Origin: Candidatus Poribacteria bacterium
GTDB taxonomy: Bacteria > Poribacteria > WGA-4E > PCPOR2b
Assembly (NCBI GenBank): GCA_965208325.1
Contig: OZ242326.1
Location: 1,828,859 to 1,892,858, forward strand
Length of the DNA stretch: 64,000 nucleotides
Reading direction: 5' to 3'
The notes below the pieces were generated by a model. The model saw only the letters and a program-made list of their open reading frames with translations. It ran no database searches and had not been told where the DNA came from. Positions 58,498 to 64,000 of this stretch are shown here, one piece after another. How positions within the stretch are numbered: position 1 is the first letter of the stretch; every line of letters starts with the position of its first letter. The translations under genes were made by a program, and so were the position numbers.

Positions 58498-60054
58498 ATG
58501 ATTGAGAAGCGGTTAAGAAACCTCTGGGGCCAGTTACAAAGTAAGAAACCGCATCTGCCGCATTTTCTGTCAGAAATAAGCTTGGATGGTATCCGTGGAT
58601 TTAGTGATTTAAGGGTGCGATTCGATTACCCAGTGAGCGTAATTGCCGGAGGAAACGCTACGGGCAAGTCAACGGTACTCTTTACGGCTGCGTGTGCCTA
58701 TAAGGTGACAGGCGCCGGTGTTAAAGATTTCGTGCCCTCCTCTTTATTCCCGGATTACCACCCCAAGGTCGGCGGACGCAAAGACATGCGGCAGACGGTC
58801 ACGATGGATTTCTATTACCAAACACCTGACGGAATTGCTTCCATGCGGTGGCGGCGCGGCAAAGGCTGGAATCGGAGTTATTTTGGCCGCAAAAACGCCA
58901 GTCAGCCCGAGCGGCAGGTCTATCTCAGAACGCTCAGCAATCTGAGTAATCCGTCAGAGGTACGCGGCGTTCTCAACATGTCGCGCCTGAAGACCAAACC
59001 TGAAGAGACTCCCTTGACGGCACTAGAGATTGAATTTGCCCATCAGATGCTTCCTTTCAGATATTCTGAGGTGGTAAATTTGTCCAGCGGCAAGAAAAAT
59101 CTCCTCTTTGCCTCGCAAGAAGGCGGGGCGGCTTACTCCGAGTTGCACATGGCGGCTGGGGAACGGGCAATTCTGCGGTTATCGAAAGAAATTACAAAAC
59201 TCGAAGGCGTGTTGGTGCTGATTGACGAGGTGGAAGCGGGGCTGCATCCTTGGGTGCAGCAGTTACTCATGGTGCATTTGCAGCAGTTGGCACTTCGCCA
59301 AGATCTTCAGATTATTGTGACATCCCACAGTCCCGTGGTTCTCGAATCAGTTCCGTCAAATGGGAGAATTTTTCTCGACCGAGATGAGTTATCGGGTGAG
59401 GTCGTTGTGCGACCCGCATACCGCGATTTAATCCAGAATGCGCTCTATGGACGCATCAATGAGGAGTTCAAACTTCTTTGTGAAGACGAGATTGCTGAAG
59501 GTGTTTTGCAAGGCATATTCGACGTTTTGGTACCTGAAGAGGGAATCAGTATGGATTCGGTTCGCATCGGACGGGACACAGGAGCAGACCAATTTCCTGT
59601 ACATGCCGAGACTTTAAGTAAATTCGGTCAGATTCAAGACACCGTCTTCATTCTTGACGGCGATCAGCGCGGCGGGGAAACACCGGGCAGGATACAGAAT
59701 GCGGCTGGACCTGGTACAAATATTCCAATTCTGTTTCTTCCTGGCAAAGAGGCGCCGGAGAGTTGGGTATGGGAAAGGCTGCGGCATATTCCTGAAGAGG
59801 ATGCGTCACAACTGGGCTTAAATCGGGCAAGCCTGTCCAACGTCATACGCAAGTTGGATGCCATCTATGACTCGGCATCTGACAGCGCTTCAGAAATAGC
59901 GAAGAACAAATTCCGGAGTCTGTCCGAAAGTCTTCGTAGAGAGGCGCCGGAAATTTGTCGAATCGTCGCACGGTTGGAAGCAGATCGGAATGCGAGTGAC
60001 ATTCAACCGCTCGTTGGAGATTTACGCGGAATTCTAAGACTGTGGCGCGGGTAA
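58498..60054 (+). CDS. ABC-type (AAA_21) ATPase fused to TOPRIM-like domain (OLD-like)
   Basis: GGNATGKS, MAAGE, LIDEVEAGLHP, VTSHS; LLCED and ILDGD. Confidence 0.8.
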   Translation: MIEKRLRNLWGQLQSKKPHLPHFLSEISLDGIRGFSDLRVRFDYPVSVIAGGNATGKSTVLFTAACAYKVTGAGVKDFVPSSLFPDYHPKVGGRKDMRQTVTMDFYYQTPDGIASMRWRRGKGWNRSYFGRKNASQPERQVYLRTLSNLSNPSEVRGVLNMSRLKTKPEETPLTALEIEFAHQMLPFRYSEVVNLSSGKKNLLFASQEGGAAYSELHMAAGERAILRLSKEITKLEGVLVLIDEVEAGLHPWVQQLLMVHLQQLALRQDLQIIVTSHSPVVLESVPSNGRIFLDRDELSGEVVVRPAYRDLIQNALYGRINEEFKLLCEDEIAEGVLQGIFDVLVPEEGISMDSVRIGRDTGADQFPVHAETLSKFGQIQDTVFILDGDQRGGETPGRIQNAAGPGTNIPILFLPGKEAPESWVWERLRHIPEEDASQLGLNRASLSNVIRKLDAIYDSASDSASEIAKNKFRSLSESLRREAPEICRIVARLEADRNASDIQPLVGDLRGILRLWRG

Positions 60055-60072
60055 TCCGATGGAATTAGGGAC

Positions 60073-63000
60073 ATGAACACGGTAGGAAAAAAGGAATTCT
60101 TAACACAGCAGCGCGTGATTTCATTTTTCGTTCGCGAGCTCGGCTACGGCGGTCTTGGCAATCGCAAGGATCTTCCTAACAATAGCAACATTGAGACTGA
60201 GATTCTGACCAAATGGCTGAACAAGCATGGGTACAACGAACAAATTATTGAGAGGGCTTTATTTGAGGTAGACAAGGCTGCCGCGGTCGTCGGGAGCAGA
60301 AAGCTCTTTGACGCGAACCGAGAGGTTTACGGCTTGCTACGGTACGGAGTGAAGATCCAACCCGATGTGGGTGAACACCACCAGACCGTCCGCCTGATAG
60401 ACTGGAAAAACCCGGACAACAACGACTTCGGCATCGCGGAAGAGGTAACCGTTTCCGGGGAAAACGACAAGCGGCCCGATATTGTGCTCTACATCAACGG
60501 AATTGCGATCGGAGTGCTGGAGTTAAAGCGTTCGACGGTGTCGGTTTCCGAGGGAATCCGACAAAACCTCGACAACCAGAAGCCGGAATTTATCCGCCCG
60601 TTCTTTTCGACGGTGCAACTCATCATGGCGGGGAACGAGACCGAAGGGCTGCGCTACGGCGTGATTGAGACCTCTGAGAAGCACTGGCTGCGATGGAAGG
60701 AAACCGACGAAATTGACGACCACGACCGCCCTTTGTTTCGCGAGTTGCGCCAATTCTGCAGCAGGGAACGGATGCTTGAAATTCTGCACGATTTTATCGT
60801 TTTTGATGCCGGAACCAAAAAAATCTGCCGGCATAATCAGTTTTTCGGCGTGAAATCCGCGCAGGCGCGCGTCAAGAAGCGAGAGGGCGGTGTCATTTGG
60901 CATACCCAGGGCAGCGGTAAGAGCCTGACAATGGTCTGGCTGGCGAAATGGATTCGCGAAAACGTGACCAACAGCCGCGTACTGATAATCACAGACCGCA
61001 CCGAACTGGATGAACAGATTGAAAGGGTTTTCAAAGGTGTCAACGAGGACATCCACCGCACTCGGAGCGGTCCTGACTTGGCAGCGACGCTCGCTGACCC
61101 GGCAAAATGGTTGATTTGTTCGTTAATGCAGAAGTTCGGCAGATCGGGGGAAATCAGCGACGACGATGTGGATAGATACGTCAAGGAATTCAAACAGAAT
61201 CTGCCGGCCGATTTTCACGTCCGCGGCGAGGTATTCGTCTTTGTGGATGAATGCCACCGCACGCAGTCGGGCAAACTGCATAGGGCGATGAAGACTATTC
61301 TGCCGGGGGCAATGTTAATCGGCTTCACGGGTACGCCGCTGCTCAAGCAGGACAAATCTCAAAGTATCGAAACTTTCGGCACCTACATTCATACCTACAA
61401 GTACGACGAGGCGGTTGAAGACAACGTGGTGCTTGACCTGCGCTATGAGGCGCGGGATATTGACCAGCACATCACATCGCAGGAACAGATTGATGAATGG
61501 TTCGATCTCAATACGCGCGGGTTGGCTGACGTGCCGAAGGCGCAGCTAAGACAGCGTTGGGGCACGATGCAGAAAGTTTTGAGTTCACAGGAGAGATTGA
61601 ACCGGATTGTCGCAGATATTCTGATGGACATGGAGAGACGCGATCGTTTAATGAGCGGCCGCGGCAACGCAATGCTAATATCCGACAGCATCTTCTCGGC
61701 ATGCCGGTTTTTTGAGTTGTTTCAGGGAACGCCGCTGCAGGGCAAATGCGCTATCGTGACCTCTTACGATCCGTCCGTGTCTGACATCAAGGGAGAGGAA
61801 ACGGGCGAGGGAGAGACGGATAAACAGTTCAAATTCCACACTTACCGAAAGATGCTCGCGCAACACTTTAACGAACCGGAAAACGCCGCGCTGAACAGGG
61901 CGAAACAATTTGAGGGTGAGGTCAAGAAGCGTTTTGTCGAGGAGCCGGAACAGATGAAACTGCTGATTGTCGTGGACAAGCTGTTAACTGGTTTCGACGC
62001 TCCGCCGGCGACATATCTCTACATTGATAAGCACATGCAGGACCACGGCTTGTTTCAGGCAATCTGCCGAGTCAACCGCCTCCACGGCGAAGACAAGGAA
62101 TACGGCTACATCATCGACTATAAAGACCTGTTCCGCACCCTAAACAAGGCAATCTCGGACTACACCGGAGAAGCCTTCGCCGGCTATGATACCGAAGACG
62201 TAAAAGGGTTGTTGGAAAACCGCCTTGAGAAAGCGCGGGAGCGGCTTGAGGAGGCACGCGAGGCCGTCAAGGCGCTCTGCGAACCGGTCGAACCGCCTCG
62301 CGACAGCGCGGCATATTCGCGTTACTTCTGCGCCGCCGAGAGCGGCAACGAGGCGCAGCTAAAAGCCAACGAGCAGAAACGCTTAAACCTTTACAAACTG
62401 GTTGCTGCATTACTGCGCGCCTATGCCAATCTGGCAAACGAGATGAGTGAAGCGGGTTTTAGCGACGCGGCGGCAGAGGAAATCAAAGACGAAGTCGATC
62501 ACTACGAGACGGTGCGTCAGGAGGTCAAGCTGGCGAGCGGCGATTATATCGACCTGAAAATGTATGAGCCTGATATGCGCCATCTGTTGGATGCCTACAT
62601 CAGGGCGGAGGAGAGCAGGACGCTCTCCGAGTTCGATGATCTGACGCTCGTGGATTTAATCGTCAAGCGCGGCGAAGGCGCTGTTGAGGCATTCCCCGGC
62701 GGGTTGAAGGGGAATCCTAAAGCGGCGGCAGCAACGATTGACAACAACGTCCGCCGGTTGATTATCGACCGGACACCGGTCAATCCCATATACTATGAGG
62801 AGATGTCAAAGCTGCTTGATGCGCTAATCCAACAGCGCAAACAGGAAGCAATTGAATACCAAACCTATCTGTCCCGCATTGTCGAATTGACGAAGCAGAT
62901 TGATACATACGGCGCCCAGTCACCTTATCCGCCTGAAATCAAAAACGGAGCGCAGCGGGCATTATTCGACAACATAAAAATAACCAACATGTCGGAAATT

Positions 63001-63234
63001 GCAGAGACGCTAGGCCAGAACGAGAGCCCTCTCAGCCGAGAAATCAGGGGGCAGATGTCAATTGCAGTAGACGAGGCTATTCTCAATTCAAGAGAGGATG
63101 ATTGGAGAGGACATAGACTCAAAGAACGGAAAATACACAGGGCAATGGCTCGGGTCATCGCGGAAGAATTTGGCGATTACACTGTTGACGTTGATTCGCT
63201 CTTTGAGATTGTGAAAAAGCAGCGTGAGTATTGA
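60073..63234 (+). CDS. hsdR: Type I R-M restriction subunit
   Basis: RPDIVLYING..ELK, HTQGSGKS, DECHR, FTGTP, LTGFDAP, QAICRVNR. Confidence 0.95.
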   Translation: MNTVGKKEFLTQQRVISFFVRELGYGGLGNRKDLPNNSNIETEILTKWLNKHGYNEQIIERALFEVDKAAAVVGSRKLFDANREVYGLLRYGVKIQPDVGEHHQTVRLIDWKNPDNNDFGIAEEVTVSGENDKRPDIVLYINGIAIGVLELKRSTVSVSEGIRQNLDNQKPEFIRPFFSTVQLIMAGNETEGLRYGVIETSEKHWLRWKETDEIDDHDRPLFRELRQFCSRERMLEILHDFIVFDAGTKKICRHNQFFGVKSAQARVKKREGGVIWHTQGSGKSLTMVWLAKWIRENVTNSRVLIITDRTELDEQIERVFKGVNEDIHRTRSGPDLAATLADPAKWLICSLMQKFGRSGEISDDDVDRYVKEFKQNLPADFHVRGEVFVFVDECHRTQSGKLHRAMKTILPGAMLIGFTGTPLLKQDKSQSIETFGTYIHTYKYDEAVEDNVVLDLRYEARDIDQHITSQEQIDEWFDLNTRGLADVPKAQLRQRWGTMQKVLSSQERLNRIVADILMDMERRDRLMSGRGNAMLISDSIFSACRFFELFQGTPLQGKCAIVTSYDPSVSDIKGEETGEGETDKQFKFHTYRKMLAQHFNEPENAALNRAKQFEGEVKKRFVEEPEQMKLLIVVDKLLTGFDAPPATYLYIDKHMQDHGLFQAICRVNRLHGEDKEYGYIIDYKDLFRTLNKAISDYTGEAFAGYDTEDVKGLLENRLEKARERLEEAREAVKALCEPVEPPRDSAAYSRYFCAAESGNEAQLKANEQKRLNLYKLVAALLRAYANLANEMSEAGFSDAAAEEIKDEVDHYETVRQEVKLASGDYIDLKMYEPDMRHLLDAYIRAEESRTLSEFDDLTLVDLIVKRGEGAVEAFPGGLKGNPKAAAATIDNNVRRLIIDRTPVNPIYYEEMSKLLDALIQQRKQEAIEYQTYLSRIVELTKQIDTYGAQSPYPPEIKNGAQRALFDNIKITNMSEIAETLGQNESPLSREIRGQMSIAVDEAILNSREDDWRGHRLKERKIHRAMARVIAEEFGDYTVDVDSLFEIVKKQREY

Positions 63235-63958
63235 GATTGACGGCGGAAGTATAGAAGTTGCGGGGATACCGGTAGAAATCGTTCGCAAGGACATCAAAAA
63301 CCTGCATGTCGGTGTATATCCACCGAGTGGGCGGGTTCGGGTAGCGGCGCCATTGCGCCTTGATGATGAGGCGGTGCGGCTCGCCCTGATTTCACGCCTT
63401 GGATGGATTCGACGCAAACAGGCGGAGTTTCAACAACAGGTGCGTCAATCTCAGCGCGAGTTCGTTACCGGCGAAAGCCACTATTTTGATGGACGGCGTT
63501 ACCGGCTGGATGTAATCGAGCGAGACGCACCGCCAACGGTTAAACCACGAAACAACACGATACTTGAATTGGGAGTCCGCCCGAACACTGACTGGAAAGC
63601 GCGGGAAGCGGTGATTCATCGTTGGTATCGCCGCCACCTGCGTAACCAGTTGCCGCCACTCATCGGAAAATGGGAATCTAAGCTGGACGTGACCGTCGAA
63701 GACGCGCGAATCAAGAAGATGAAAACGCTTTGGGGCTCCTGTAACGTTGAGGCGAAACGGATATGGCTCAACCTTGAACTGGCAAAGAAACCGAAGTCAT
63801 GCCTTGTGTACATCCTTGTGCACGAAATGGTGCATCTGCATGAGCGTCAGCATAACGACCGGTTTCACGAGTTGATGGACAAGTTTCTACCACAATGGCG
63901 CAGCTATCGGAATGAACTCAACCGTGCGCCGCTTGCCCATGAAGAGTGGCGGTATTGA
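63224..63958 (+). CDS. YgjP/DUF45 M48-like zinc metallopeptidase
   Basis: WGSCN, YILVHEMVH...HNDRF; usual position after hsdR. Confidence 0.9.
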   Translation: MSIEIDGGSIEVAGIPVEIVRKDIKNLHVGVYPPSGRVRVAAPLRLDDEAVRLALISRLGWIRRKQAEFQQQVRQSQREFVTGESHYFDGRRYRLDVIERDAPPTVKPRNNTILELGVRPNTDWKAREAVIHRWYRRHLRNQLPPLIGKWESKLDVTVEDARIKKMKTLWGSCNVEAKRIWLNLELAKKPKSCLVYILVHEMVHLHERQHNDRFHELMDKFLPQWRSYRNELNRAPLAHEEWRY

Positions 63959-64000
63959 ATACAATCGGTGTCACAACGGCGACTAACCGGAGCGTGGTGG

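Overview
Bacterial (diderm) chromosomal window, about 50% GC. The DUF4159, propeller, ankyrin and REP-rich content resembles Ca. Poribacteria-type genomes; this is inference only. All family names are recognised by eye, not by database search. 0.4-27 kb is a metal-homeostasis island. A ~1.7-kb cassette (RAPP-motif leader ORF, His/Asp-rich lipoprotein, MerC) occurs twice: one copy runs in-frame into a ZnuD-like TonB receptor, the other heads a Zrg-like ABC/DUF3299 operon. Between them lie a czcCBA operon with its own Cys/His leader ORF, a giant beta-propeller plus DUF4159 pair and a type II R-M pair. 27-51 kb holds a Tat-exported PaoABC-like molybdoenzyme, larA, an atypical NtrC-type activator, rluD, iscS, thrS, a DUF6178-like pair, DUF2617 plus speE, a TolC/ABC ATPase pair and large composite REP arrays. 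52-64 kb is a type I R-M locus carrying three nested candidate defence genes. It is decorated by a GxxExxY nuclease gene with inverted ends, 42-bp end arrays and two internally deleted derivatives that bracket hsdM-hsdS. This putative mobile element is the strongest candidate novel system. No rRNA, tRNA or CRISPR array was recognised.
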